Source of the DNA: Candidatus Latescibacterota bacterium
Lineage (GTDB): Bacteria; Latescibacterota; UBA2968; UBA8231
Direction: 5' to 3'
DNA: 64,000 bases
Assembly: GCA_964291625.2 (NCBI GenBank)
Contig: OZ220089.1
Span: 3,616,001 to 3,680,000, forward strand
The notes beneath the pieces are model-generated. The model was not told where the DNA came from and did no database searches. It worked only from the letters and a program-made list of their open reading frames with translations. Positions 1 through 9,799 of the stretch are shown here, in pieces (position 1 is the first letter of the stretch; every line of letters begins with the position of its first letter). The position numbers and the translations under genes were made by a program.

Positions 1-135
1 ACACAAGAACCACATATCCGTTAGGTAGAATAGAGAGCCAAGCCCGGGAGGTATTTGCCTGGCCTTCGGCAGGCTGGCATCTGAGCTCGGCACAGCATGC
101 GCACGAGGCGCAACGATGTTGCCGGCGACAAGTCC
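1..135 (+). promoter_or_regulatory. Repeated promoter/leader module, copy A (cut by window edge)
   Basis: ACACAAGAACCACATA at 1-16, TAGAAT at 26-31, then TGGCCTTCGGCAGGCTGGCATCTG; homologous to 5903-6035 and 34287-34410. Confidence 0.7.
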
Positions 136-188
136 CCCTGGCAAGCGGCCTACTTCTCGACCGCACCAGGAACACTCCTCAGAAAGCC

Positions 189-3100
189 ATGGCTGAAAGA
201 GAAAGCAAGGGTGTCCCGCTTGGCCTGTGCATGGCGGTACTCTGCCTCCTGCTCTGGCCGCCGGGGAGTGTCCGGGGCACCCCTTCGTCTGTCGACGGCG
301 TGCCTTTCTACCTGAATCCCGGCCCATGGGAGCGGGACCCAGCCGGGCTCCCGGCGGCCAAGCCGCTGGCCGGTCTGAACGCGGGCGAACCGCGCACCGT
401 GCGGATGATCTACTTCCTGCCCAACGACCGCCAAGCCCGGCCGGACATAGACGCGACCTTCGATACCCTGATCAGGCAAGTTCAACAATCCTATGCCGAG
501 CAGATGGAAAACCACGGGTTCGGCAGAAGAACCTTCAGGTTCGAAACCGACGGCGATGGAAGGGCCTTGGTGCATCATGTGAAGGGCGAGTTCGACGATG
601 GGCACTACCGTACGAACATGTGGGACACAGTATGGGAAGAAGTGACCGAACTTTTCGATCTGACAGAGAACATCTACCTCGTATCTCTGGATGTAAGTGA
701 CGCCCCCTATTGCGGACTAGGGGCGTCTTGGGGACCCGAAGGTGGCATCGTAGTGATTCCCTACGACATTTTTGAGAACGAGCATCCCTGGGCTTGTGGC
801 AATGTCGCTGTCATTGCCCATGAGCTCGGTCACACTTTTGGTGTGGCCCACGATTACTTCAGAGATGCTGTTCGCAGCCCGTCTTCCTACCATACGGACT
901 GGATGGTCAATTCCTTTGCCGCCGCGGAATGGTTGGCCGCCCACCGCTATTTCAATGTCGGCCGGAGCTATCCCCACCGGGACAGACCAACCACGATCAG
1001 GATGCTTACCCCAAGTGCCGCTCCCCCGAGGTCAATTCGCCTTCGCTTCGAGGTAACCGACTCTGACGGGCTCCACCAGACGCAATTGTTCAACAGCACG
1101 GGTGAGGCATGTGATTTTGAAGGGGTCAGCGGGGAGAGGGCTACGGTTGAGTTTGTCACTACTGAGGTTACAGAAGCCCCTGGAAATGAGGTCGAGTTGC
1201 GTGTTGTCGACGTGCATGGGAATGTCGTCAGTGACAGGTTTTCGATTGATATTCTACCCCTGCTTGACCCTGAGGACGTGTCGATTCCCGACGCGAATCT
1301 GGCGGCGGTGGTACTGGAAACGCTCGACTTGCCACTGGGGAATTCCGTAACTCAACTTGATATGTTGAGAGTGAGGAGACTCCAAGGATCCTCTCGGCAG
1401 ATAACTGACCTTGCCGGACTCGAACATGCGGTTAATATGATAGACTTGGACCTCGGCGGGAATGAGATCCACGACATCACACCCCTGGCTGGTTTGATCA
1501 TCCTGGAAGTGTTGGGCCTTTGGTACAACCGGATATCCGATGTTCAATCGCTGATGCAGATGAACAGTCTGCAACGGCTGTGGTTGAGTGGAAACTCGGT
1601 GTCGGATCTCTCCCCCATTGCGGGGTTGACAAACCTGAAAGTGATCCGCCTCGAAGGGAATCCGATTGCGGAGAAGTGGCCGCTTTACAGACTGTTGCAA
1701 CGGAACCGGTTCCTGGAAATTGATATTGACACGCGCACGCTGGGGATGGTCTCGGGAGACGGGCAGGAGGGTGCGGCTGGAGCGGCGCTGGCCGAGCCCC
1801 TCTCCATCCTTGTGCTGGACCGATACGGGGACCCCCTGGCCAGGACAGAGGTCACCTTCGCGGTGACAGGCGGCGGCGGGACCCTCTCGGTAACCACGGC
1901 CACCACCGACGATGACGGCCGTGCATCCACTACCTTGGCCCTGGGGAGCCGACCGGGTACCAACACCGTCGAGGCCCGGGTGTCAGGTTTGGAGCCGGTG
2001 ACCTTCAGCGCCGTCGGCCTGGCGGTTCTCACCGCTGTTGTCGGAATATCCGGCGACGAGCAGCAGGGAGCAGCAGGAGCGCAGCTGCCCGAGCCGTTCG
2101 TTGTCGAAGCGAGAGATCAGAACAACAACCCACTCACGGGGGTCGAGGCCACCTTTGCGGTCAGCGCCGGCGGGGGGACCCTGTCCGTGGAGACCGCCAC
2201 CACCGACGCCCATGGCCGCGCCACCACCACCCTGACCCTGGGCAGCGGTCCGGGGATAAACACCGTCACTGCAAGGGTAGGCGAGCTGCAACCAGTAACC
2301 TTCAGCGCCACCGGACTGGCGATTCCCACGACCCTTTCCGGGATATCCGGCGACGAGCTGCAGGGAGCGGCAGGAGCCCCGCTGGACGAACCTTTCTTTG
2401 TTGAAGTCAGAGATCAGAACGGCAACCTACTCGCGGGGATCGAGGTCGCCTTCGAGATCACCTCGGGAGATGGGATGCTCTCCGCAGCCACGGTCATCAC
2501 CGATGATGACGGCCGTGCGTCCACTACCTTGACCTTGGGAAGCCGACCGGGCACCAACACCGTCGAGGCCAGCGTGTCAGGTTTGGAGCCGGTGACCTTT
2601 ACCGCCACGGGACAGGCGGTTCCTCAGACCCTGGCCATCGTCTCCGGCGACGAGCAGCAGGGAACGGTCGGGGCGGCGCTGGCCGAGGGGCTTGTCGTTT
2701 CGGTACGAGACCAGAACGGAGACCCGTTTGCCGGGGCCACCGTCACCTTCGAAGTCACCTCTGGCGACGGGATGCTATCCGCAGCTACCGCCGCCACCGA
2801 TGAAGACGGCCGGGCTTCTACCACCCTGACCCTGGGGCGCGACCCGGAGACCGTCACCGTGGCGGCGGCCGTTGCCGGACTGGAGCCGGTCACCTTCACC
2901 GCCACCGCCAAGGCCTCCCCGGACTTCGACGGCGACGGCGAGATCGGCTTCTCCGACTTCTTCCTGTTCGCGGAGGCCTTCGGGGGCGACGACCCCAGCT
3001 TCGACCTGGACGGCAGCGGCGCGGTGGACTTCGCCGACTTCTTCCTCTTCGCCGAGCGCTTCGGCCGGCCGGAGCGGTCCAAGCTGCTGGCCCTGGCCCG

Positions 3101-3398
3101 GGAGCGGCTCGGGCTGCCCGAAGGCCCCCAGTTGCAGCAGAACGCCCCCAATCCCTTCAACAGCGGCACCGTGATCTCCTGGTTCCTGCTGCAACCGGGG
3201 TTGGCGCGCCTGGAGGTGTTCGCCCTGACCGGGCAGCGGGTGGCGGTGCTGCACCAGGGGCCGAAGAAGCCGGGGATGCACCGCGTCCACTGGGACGGCC
3301 GCGACGAGCAGGGCCGGCCTCTGGCCAGCGGGATCTACTTGTACCGGCTGGTGACGGCCGGGTCCGTGCAGACGCGCAAGCTCACCCTGCTGAGGTAG
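189..3398 (+). CDS. Secreted modular protein: zinc metallopeptidase + internalin-type LRRs + Big-1 Ig-like repeats + EF-hand/dockerin-like + C-terminal FlgD-Ig domain
   Basis: 1069-aa ORF. Hydrophobic N-terminus; HELGHTFGVAH; LxxLxLxxNxIxDL repeats; four SGDxQxG...GRASTTLTLG repeats; DFDGDGEIGFSDF; QNAPNPFN...SGIYLYRL...TRKLTLLR. Confidence 0.9.
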   Translation: MAERESKGVPLGLCMAVLCLLLWPPGSVRGTPSSVDGVPFYLNPGPWERDPAGLPAAKPLAGLNAGEPRTVRMIYFLPNDRQARPDIDATFDTLIRQVQQSYAEQMENHGFGRRTFRFETDGDGRALVHHVKGEFDDGHYRTNMWDTVWEEVTELFDLTENIYLVSLDVSDAPYCGLGASWGPEGGIVVIPYDIFENEHPWACGNVAVIAHELGHTFGVAHDYFRDAVRSPSSYHTDWMVNSFAAAEWLAAHRYFNVGRSYPHRDRPTTIRMLTPSAAPPRSIRLRFEVTDSDGLHQTQLFNSTGEACDFEGVSGERATVEFVTTEVTEAPGNEVELRVVDVHGNVVSDRFSIDILPLLDPEDVSIPDANLAAVVLETLDLPLGNSVTQLDMLRVRRLQGSSRQITDLAGLEHAVNMIDLDLGGNEIHDITPLAGLIILEVLGLWYNRISDVQSLMQMNSLQRLWLSGNSVSDLSPIAGLTNLKVIRLEGNPIAEKWPLYRLLQRNRFLEIDIDTRTLGMVSGDGQEGAAGAALAEPLSILVLDRYGDPLARTEVTFAVTGGGGTLSVTTATTDDDGRASTTLALGSRPGTNTVEARVSGLEPVTFSAVGLAVLTAVVGISGDEQQGAAGAQLPEPFVVEARDQNNNPLTGVEATFAVSAGGGTLSVETATTDAHGRATTTLTLGSGPGINTVTARVGELQPVTFSATGLAIPTTLSGISGDELQGAAGAPLDEPFFVEVRDQNGNLLAGIEVAFEITSGDGMLSAATVITDDDGRASTTLTLGSRPGTNTVEASVSGLEPVTFTATGQAVPQTLAIVSGDEQQGTVGAALAEGLVVSVRDQNGDPFAGATVTFEVTSGDGMLSAATAATDEDGRASTTLTLGRDPETVTVAAAVAGLEPVTFTATAKASPDFDGDGEIGFSDFFLFAEAFGGDDPSFDLDGSGAVDFADFFLFAERFGRPERSKLLALARERLGLPEGPQLQQNAPNPFNSGTVISWFLLQPGLARLEVFALTGQRVAVLHQGPKKPGMHRVHWDGRDEQGRPLASGIYLYRLVTAGSVQTRKLTLLR

Positions 3399-5799
3399 GG
3401 AGGGTGCCGGCCGAGCTCTCCGCCGTCTGCGCTGTCGCCATGCGGTAGCCGACCCTCTGCTCGGTGAAGATCCAGGTCGGGTTCCCGGTGTCGTCGCCCA
3501 GCTTGCGGCGGAGGTTCTTCACCACGGTGCGCACCTGCCCTGGGCCCACCGAGTGTCCCGGACCCCACACCCGCTGCAGCAGATAGTCGTGGGTCAACAC
3601 CCGACCGGCCTTGACCGAGAGCTCCAGGAGCAGCCGGTACTCCAGGTCCGTCAACCGGACGGGGCGGTTCGCCACCGTCACCCGGTTGTGGGTGTAGTCG
3701 ATGCTCAGCTCGCCCAGCCGGTAGGGATCGGACGGCTCCGCCCGAACCGGCGCGGCCTGTCGGCGCAGGACCGTCTGGATCCTGGCTACCAGCTCCGTCG
3801 GCGAGAAGGGCTTGACGATGTAGTCGTCGGCCCCGGCTGAAAGCGCCCTGGCAACGGTCTGGTCCCGGCCGTAGCCGGACAGGAAGATCACCGGCACGTC
3901 GGCAAGCTGCGGCACGCTCTCCAACAGCTCGATCCCGTCGCTCCCGGGCAGCACCAGGTCCAGCAGCACCAGGTGCGGCTTCTCCTCCTCGATGAGGCGC
4001 CCCACCGCCTCCGGGTCGGCGGTAACGATCGGCGCGTAGCCCGCCGCCGTGAGCGCGTCCCGAACGGACCTGAGCGCCTGCGGGTCGTCGTCCACCGCGA
4101 GAACGCGCGTGGGCTCGTCCCCCGTCCGTGGAGAGCTGACGGAGGTTGGCGCGGGGCCGTGGGGTACGGCGTACACCCCCTCCTCGACGGCGGGAAGGGT
4201 GAAGATGAACCGCGCGCCCATGCCGGGCCCTTCGCTCTCGGCCCAAATCCGGCCCCCGTGGGCCTCCACGATCCCCTTGCATATCGCCAGGCCCAGGCCC
4301 GACCCCGCTATCCCGCTCCGGCCGTCGCCGTCGATCCGCGAGTGTTTCCTGAACAGATGGGGGAGAAGCTCGCCAGACACCCCGATGCCGTCGTCGACGA
4401 CGGAGAAGGCCACGTCCACTCCCTCTCGCCCGGCAGCCAGCCGGATGGTCGAGGTCTCAGGCGAGTGCCGGGCCGCGTTCGACAGCAGGTTGCCCAGCAC
4501 CTGCCCGACGCGCCGACTGTCGGCCAGGACCGGGGGCAGGCCGGGCTCCAGGTCGAGGTGCAGGTTGTGGCGGCCCCCTGCGGTCAGGAAGGCATTCCTC
4601 GCCCGGTCCACCACCTCTGCCGCCTCCGCGGGCTCCGGCGCCACCGACAGTGTACCCGACTCGATGCGCGCCACGTCCAGCAGGTCCTTGATCAGGCCCT
4701 GCATATGGTCGGCCTGCTGCTCGATGATGCGGTGGAACTGAAGCCTCTCGGCCGGGTCCAGCGACTCCCCCGACCCGATCAGCGTGGCGGCCGAGCCCTT
4801 GATGGAGGTCAGCGGCGCCCGGAGCTCGTGGCTGACCATGCCCAGGAACTCGGCCCGCAGCCGCTCGAGCTCCTCCACCGGCGTCATGTCCTGCAGGGTG
4901 ACGATCATCGACTCGACCTCGCCCTCCAGTGAACGCATGGGCGTGGCGTTGATCAGGAGGGTGACGGAGCGGCCGTCCGGGACCTGCAGGACCACCTCCT
5001 CGGCCCGCACCGTCTCGGCGGGGCTCAGGGCCTGGACCAGGGACACTTCCTCCAGGGAGATCTCCCGGCCGTCCGCGCGCCGCACGGTCAGTTCCTCCAG
5101 CATCCGCTCGGGGGGGTTGTCCCCGGTCCGAAGGCCCTCGGCGATCCTTCTCGCCTCCCGGTTGAACGACAGCGGCGCTCCCGACTTGGCGTCGAAGACC
5201 ACGACTCCCACCGGCGAGGTGTCGATCAGCGTCTCCAGGTCGGCCCTGGCCCTCCGCTCGTCTCGGTGCCGCCGGGCATTGGCAATGACCAAGGCCGCCT
5301 GGGATGCGAACATCACCAGGGTCTCCTCGTCCTCCCGGCTGAACTCGGGGCCTCCCCCCTCCTTGGCCAGGTAGATGTGGCCCATGCTCTCCTGATGATG
5401 GCGTACGGGCGCGGACAGAAAGGCCCCCGGCTGTACTGGAAAACGCATCTCGGGCAGTCCCTGCCCCCGGATGTAGCCCAGCAGATCCCCCACCCGTATC
5501 GGACCGGCAGTATGGCCCAGGTACTCGTAGAGCCGCATCACCCCGGGCATGGCCGGCAACTGCACGGCCTCCCCGGCGCTGAAGCCGGAGGTGAGATGGT
5601 CCTCCACCTCTCCTTGGGCCCCCAACAGGGTGATCAACCCGTAGCGCGCTCTCGTCAGAGCGCGCGCCGAGTCCAGGACATCCTGGAGCACGGTGTTCAG
5701 GTCGAGGCTCTCGTTGATGCGCTGGCTGGCCTCGCTCAGCCGGGACAGGCGCTCCCTGAGGGCGGCGACGTCTTCGGGGAGTTCCTCGGCTGGTCTCAT
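3382..5799 (-). CDS. Soluble hybrid sensor kinase/response regulator (GAF-PAS-HisKA-HATPase-REC-OmpR-type winged helix)
   Basis: Start MRPAEELPED inferred at 5799, matching paralog remnants at 9269 and 34182. H-box MVSHELRAPLTSI; N-box GNLLSNAARH; G2 GSGLGLAICK; receiver VLAVDDD/LLDL/KPFS; wHTH LTDLEYRLL...VKNLRRKL...RVGYRM. 3' end overlaps the convergent gene by 17 bp. Confidence 0.92.
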   Translation of the reverse strand: MRPAEELPEDVAALRERLSRLSEASQRINESLDLNTVLQDVLDSARALTRARYGLITLLGAQGEVEDHLTSGFSAGEAVQLPAMPGVMRLYEYLGHTAGPIRVGDLLGYIRGQGLPEMRFPVQPGAFLSAPVRHHQESMGHIYLAKEGGGPEFSREDEETLVMFASQAALVIANARRHRDERRARADLETLIDTSPVGVVVFDAKSGAPLSFNREARRIAEGLRTGDNPPERMLEELTVRRADGREISLEEVSLVQALSPAETVRAEEVVLQVPDGRSVTLLINATPMRSLEGEVESMIVTLQDMTPVEELERLRAEFLGMVSHELRAPLTSIKGSAATLIGSGESLDPAERLQFHRIIEQQADHMQGLIKDLLDVARIESGTLSVAPEPAEAAEVVDRARNAFLTAGGRHNLHLDLEPGLPPVLADSRRVGQVLGNLLSNAARHSPETSTIRLAAGREGVDVAFSVVDDGIGVSGELLPHLFRKHSRIDGDGRSGIAGSGLGLAICKGIVEAHGGRIWAESEGPGMGARFIFTLPAVEEGVYAVPHGPAPTSVSSPRTGDEPTRVLAVDDDPQALRSVRDALTAAGYAPIVTADPEAVGRLIEEEKPHLVLLDLVLPGSDGIELLESVPQLADVPVIFLSGYGRDQTVARALSAGADDYIVKPFSPTELVARIQTVLRRQAAPVRAEPSDPYRLGELSIDYTHNRVTVANRPVRLTDLEYRLLLELSVKAGRVLTHDYLLQRVWGPGHSVGPGQVRTVVKNLRRKLGDDTGNPTWIFTEQRVGYRMATAQTAESSAGTLPTSAG

Positions 5800-6079
5800 A
5801 TTGCTCGCCTCGGTCCTGGGTCTGATTCGGGGTGAAGGGGCCGAACACGTTTGAAAAATAGGCCGAGACACACAAGAAAACACCCCCTGTCCCCCGGAGG
5901 GCACACAAGAATCACACACCCATGGGGTAGAATGGAGGGCCGAGGAGCCCTGGAGGTTTGACCTGGCCTTCGGCAGGCTCGCATCTGCGTTCGGACAGCA
6001 GGCGCCCGAGGCGCACGTTGCTGCGGGCGCCAAGGGGGCTGCACCCCATGCGAAACGACAAAAAAAGAAAAGCGACATG
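5800..6079. promoter_or_regulatory. Repeated divergent promoter/leader module, copy B
   Basis: ACACAAGAA boxes at 5870 and 5903, TAGAAT at 5928-5933; ends GAAAAGCGACATGAAAGC as in copy D (34447-34464). Confidence 0.75.
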
Positions 6080-6084
6080 AAAGC

Positions 6085-6485
6085 GGCCCCCAGGCGCGGA
6101 CGGCCCACCGAGCGACCGATGGACCCAGACCGCGACCCCGCTTCCCGCAGGGGCACGTGGACGCCGTCCCAACTGACCACCAAGGTGTCGGCCTCGGCCT
6201 TCAGCGGCGCCGCGTCCAGCAAGGCCAGCTCCAGTTGCTCGGCGTGGTCTTCGGCATACTGTCCGATGGTGGTCAACAGATGCTGAATGGCGGTGCGCGA
6301 CGGGGGCTCCGGCAGCAGCTCGGTCAAGGTGGTCTCGACTTCGGCCGGGACCAGATGGGCGCCCAGAAGGACCGTGACCCGCTCCAGGGGCGGTACCATG
6401 AGTCGTTGGCCCATGCCGCAGCGTTCATCCAAGGGCACCCAGCTGGGGCCGCCCCGGTCCGGCTGATAGAGCCGACGTGGCACTT
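6085..6485 (-). mobile_element. ISKra4-type transposase internal fragment (remnant)
   Basis: Minus-strand translation RRLYQPDRGGPSWVPLDERCG...PSRTAIQ...LVVSWDGVHVPLRE resembles the ISKra4/UPF0236 region up to the first catalytic Asp. It begins just after the ATGAAAGC start at 6077. Confidence 0.65.
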
Positions 6486-6487
6486 GG

Positions 6488-6541
6488 ACCTACAAGTTCG
6501 AGGCGAGAGTCAGGGACGAGGAAGGAAAGAGCAAGATCGGG
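6488..6541 (+). pseudogene. Remnant of a metalloprotease stalk (homologous to 14062-14115)
   Basis: Reads TYKFEARVRDEEGKSKIG versus TYRFEAKLENLEGESEVG in the proteases starting at 10942 and 15234. Confidence 0.55.
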
Positions 6542-6796
6542 GAGCAACTGACCTCCCACACGACCTGCGCGATGAGTAAGCGGCGGCGAGGTGGACGACG
6601 TCGTCACAATCATGTTCCCGCACCCGGAGGCACCGCGAGCACTGGAGCCTCGACAACCAGCCCTACCTATAGGGCGCCGGCGGGTTCAACTCGGCCAGTT
6701 GCCGGTGCTCTACCGGGCTCAGACCGCGGCTGACGAATTCCCTAAGCAAATGCCTCGCGCCATCCATCCAGATCATCTCTCAAAGAGGAGATCGCA

Positions 6797-7621
6797 ATGA
6801 TCGGTCGAATCGCAATATCCTTCCTGTTCGCCGTGCCGCTGGCGGCGCAGACCAAGAACGTCCAGGACTACCTGCCCCTGGCTGTGGGCAACTCCTGGAC
6901 CTACGAGCATGAATACTGGAACGACAGACCGGGGCAGGAAGCCCCGCTTCAGATCACCGAGTTCACGATCTCCATCCTGCGTACGGAGGTCATCGATGGG
7001 GACACGTACTATGTGTTCTCAAGCCCGAGCGTCACCCTGCCGGGCGATTCTCCGAAGCACTTCATCGCCGGCAAGAAGCTGCGGTGGGATGGCAACAACC
7101 TGGAAGAACACGACGGCACCTCGTCGTCCTCTGTGTATCGGTTCGAGGTGCCAACGAGTAGCACTGATGCAACCGTCAGTGAGTATTCCATCTCCGCTCA
7201 TGGAGATACTCTGGCAAGGGCGATGGCCTATCTGAGACACCACAGCAGATTGATGTACCAGAGCTTCAGCTTCCTTGGCAACATGCCTGCTGACAACTGG
7301 CCTCCAACCAGAGGCGTCCTCTTCACGGAGCAGTATGGACTCCAATGGGCGATTGAAATCTGGATGGCCGGCGATGTGGGATCCAAAGCGATCACGATAT
7401 CCCCTGTACGAGCTGTGCTTCAGACCGCCTCCTCCTCATCCTCCACGTCTCGCGACAGGGATATCCCTGCCGAGACCTCCTCTGTCACTATCGAATGGGA
7501 TGACTACAACTGCTATTCCAGCGGCAATCACATCAAGTACGGCTCCACCTGCAACTATCCCCCCACCTCGTCCTCCTCGGCCTCTTGGGGCCTCATTAAG
7601 GCTGGGAGATCCAGTCGATAA
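6797..7621 (+). CDS. Secreted hypothetical protein, YLPLAVGNSWTY / C-terminal SWGxIK family (P1)
   Basis: 274 aa; RBS GAGGAG; signal-peptide-like start; QDYLPLAVGNSWTY, GKKLRWDG, ends SASWGLIKAGRSSR. Confidence 0.85.
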   Translation: MIGRIAISFLFAVPLAAQTKNVQDYLPLAVGNSWTYEHEYWNDRPGQEAPLQITEFTISILRTEVIDGDTYYVFSSPSVTLPGDSPKHFIAGKKLRWDGNNLEEHDGTSSSSVYRFEVPTSSTDATVSEYSISAHGDTLARAMAYLRHHSRLMYQSFSFLGNMPADNWPPTRGVLFTEQYGLQWAIEIWMAGDVGSKAITISPVRAVLQTASSSSSTSRDRDIPAETSSVTIEWDDYNCYSSGNHIKYGSTCNYPPTSSSSASWGLIKAGRSSR

Positions 7622-7656
7622 AACCTCTTGTCACAGACTCCAAAAGGGAGATTGCC

Positions 7657-8454
7657 ATGATCGCGCGCACTGCAGTCCTCCTACTCACCGCGCTGGCTCC
7701 ACTGGCAGCGCAGACGAGGAGTGTGCAGGACTACCTGCCCTTGGCTGTCGGTAACTCGTGGACCTATGCCCATCTATTCCTCGACGCCAGAGGCCGCAAT
7801 GAGATCGCTTTTCAGGGCGAGATCACCATCTCGATTCTGCGTACTGAAGTAATCGATGGAGACACGTACTACGTCTTCTCGGACGTGTCTACGGATGCTC
7901 CAGAGGGTGTCCCCAAGCACTTTCTGGCCGGCAAGAAGCTGCGGTGGGACGGCAACAATCTCACTGAGCATGATGGGGCCTCGTCACTCTCACTTTATCG
8001 CTTCGATGTCCCTACGGGAACTGATGGAGTAAGCCGGGAGTATTCCATACCAGAGACGCACGGACACACTTCGGTGAAGTCCTACGCCTTCATCGTATCG
8101 GATCGGTTGATGCTCCAGAGTTTTCAGTTCTCTGGAGAAGGTGCTCGTGGGGCTGTGATCGCCTTCTCCGAGGACTTCGGCCTACAGGAGGCCATCGAGG
8201 GCGAGGCCGCTGGAGACATGCTGGTCATGCAACACACTCTCACCCCAATCCGGGCGGTCTTCCAGACCGGCTCCCAGGACGCTTCCGCTCGTGATGCACA
8301 CACGTCTTCCTCCGCTGTCACAGTCGAGTGGGATGATTACCTCTGCTACTTTGGCAACGATGATGTCTTTCTTGGCGTTAGCTGCAACTACCCTCCCACA
8401 TCCACCTCCTCCAACTCCTGGGGATTGATAAAGGAAGGAAGTGATACCCGATGA
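7657..8454 (+). CDS. Secreted hypothetical protein, same family (P2)
   Basis: 265 aa; paralog of P1; ends SNSWGLIKEGSDTR; stop overlaps the next ATG (ATGA). Confidence 0.85.
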   Translation: MIARTAVLLLTALAPLAAQTRSVQDYLPLAVGNSWTYAHLFLDARGRNEIAFQGEITISILRTEVIDGDTYYVFSDVSTDAPEGVPKHFLAGKKLRWDGNNLTEHDGASSLSLYRFDVPTGTDGVSREYSIPETHGHTSVKSYAFIVSDRLMLQSFQFSGEGARGAVIAFSEDFGLQEAIEGEAAGDMLVMQHTLTPIRAVFQTGSQDASARDAHTSSSAVTVEWDDYLCYFGNDDVFLGVSCNYPPTSTSSNSWGLIKEGSDTR

Positions 8455-8922
8455 GAGTCCTCGTCATCCTGATGGCTTCAATGTTGACCTCTCAGGTAGC
8501 ATATGCTCAATCGCGGGTGACAGACCTTACAACCCTCAGTGTTGTCCTGGTGACCTTTGCGGACGATGTGCCCCACGGGTACACCCGACGGCAACCCACA
8601 GCCGGTATGCCACACACGCTGGTTGCAGGAGATCACGCCTACACCATGGACGACTTCGAGATCAAATTCGGCGTGTCGGGGACGTTCGACAACGAAGAAG
8701 GCATCACCCTTGACAAGGACGAGGAGTTGCCAGCCGTCTACGGTAGTGTCAAGGATTACTTTGATGAGATGTCCGGGGGGAGAGCTTGACTTCGATGTCC
8801 GGATTGTCAATAAGGAAGATCCCAGCGATACGGATCACCCAGAGTGGATTGAGATGCCTGAAGACCGGGCATATTACACAGCCCAAGGCATCAATCAGTC
8901 GGAATTCTTGACCCATGCCTTA
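8451..8922 (+). pseudogene. M6-like metalloprotease N-terminal fragment, frameshifted and truncated (protease 1)
   Basis: VVLVTFADD and YGSVKDYFDEMSGG as in proteases 2 and 3. +1 shift in a G6 run (8775-8780), continuing ELDFDVRIVN...HPEWIEM; cut near 8922 by the kinase remnant. Confidence 0.8.
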
Positions 8923-9269
8923 GTCCGCAGGCCCTCGACGATCCTCCTGGTCTCCCGGTTGAAGGACACCGGCGCCCCCGACTTGGCGTCGAAGACCACC
9001 ACCCCCACCGGCGAGGTGTCGATCAGCGTCTCCAGGTCGGCCCTGGCCCTCCGCTCCTCCCGGTGGCCGGGCATTGGCGATGACCAGGGCCGCCTGCGAT
9101 GCGAACATCACCAGGGTCTCCTCGTCCTCCCGGCTGAACTCGGGGCCTCCCCCCTCCTTGGCTAGGTAGTCGAGGCTCTCGTTTGATGCGCAGCTGGCCT
9201 CGCTCAGCCGGGACAGTCGCTCGCTGAGCGCGGCGACGTCTTCAGGGCGATCTCCTCGGCAGGTCTCAT
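8923..9269 (-). pseudogene. Decayed copy of the hybrid kinase 5' region
   Basis: DNA closely matches 5126-5373 and 5700-5799 (MRPAEE..., EDEETLVMFASQAALVIANA, LIDTSPVGVVVFDAKSG), with the GAF core deleted and frameshifts. Confidence 0.85.
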
Positions 9270-9405
9270 CCGCTGATCTCCGGTCTGAGGGCGATGCCGG
9301 CTCTCAGGGACCGAATTCGAGCAAAAAACCAACAAGACACACAAGAAAACACCCCCGAAGGGGCAAGGAGACACAAAAGCCACACATCCACAAGGTAAAT
9401 TGGAC
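9270..9405. promoter_or_regulatory. Repeated divergent promoter module, copy C (more diverged)
   Basis: ACACAAGAAAACAC at 9339, ACACAAAAGCCACACA at 9371, TAAATT at 9396-9401. Confidence 0.65.
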
Positions 9406-9510
9406 CCCGAAAGTCAGCGCGTCGCGATGACCGGCCTCCGGTCGTCTGCCTTGGACACCGACTTGAATCCCCGACCCGACGACGAAGTAGCGACCAACCG
9501 AGGAGCTGGC

Positions 9511-9790
9511 ATGATAGCTGCAATCGTTCGTCTCATCGGGCTGGTTCTCGCGTTTCCGTGTCGGCGGATCCCCTTCTGGAAGCCCGCGTGCGGCTTCCCT
9601 CCGGTGCACCGGTTCCCGGGCGCAGGTGCTGCGTTCGATCTGACGGATCTGCGCGCCCCGCCGCTGGCGGTGACCACGGACCGCTCTGCGCATTTTCACC
9701 CTGCCCCTGGCCTCCTTGGCGGGAGCCCTGCCGGCTGGGCCGGACAGGGCCTGATCCGCTCCCTGGCCTACACCGGCGGAAACTTCGAAA
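9511..9790 (+). pseudogene. Decayed N-terminus of the 34457/40624 secreted-protein family
   Basis: Across frames reads ADPLLEARVRLPSGAPVPG...TDLRAPPLAVTTDRSAHF versus EPLVEGHVRLASGAPVPG...ADLRAAPLAATTDLSGHF. Confidence 0.75.
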
Positions 9791-9799
9791 AGGCGCCGA

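Noticed and set aside
5960-5990. CCGAAGG (minus strand) and CTCTCAGG (9301) resembling glycine riboswitch pieces
   Set aside because: The pieces lie in different copies and on different strands, and the rest of the aptamer is missing.
5800-6483. N-terminal 228 aa of the listed 1033-aa ORF (apparent transposase-kinase fusion)
   Set aside because: Chance open frame through the promoter module and an IS fragment; paralog remnants begin at MRPAEE, placing the start at 5799.
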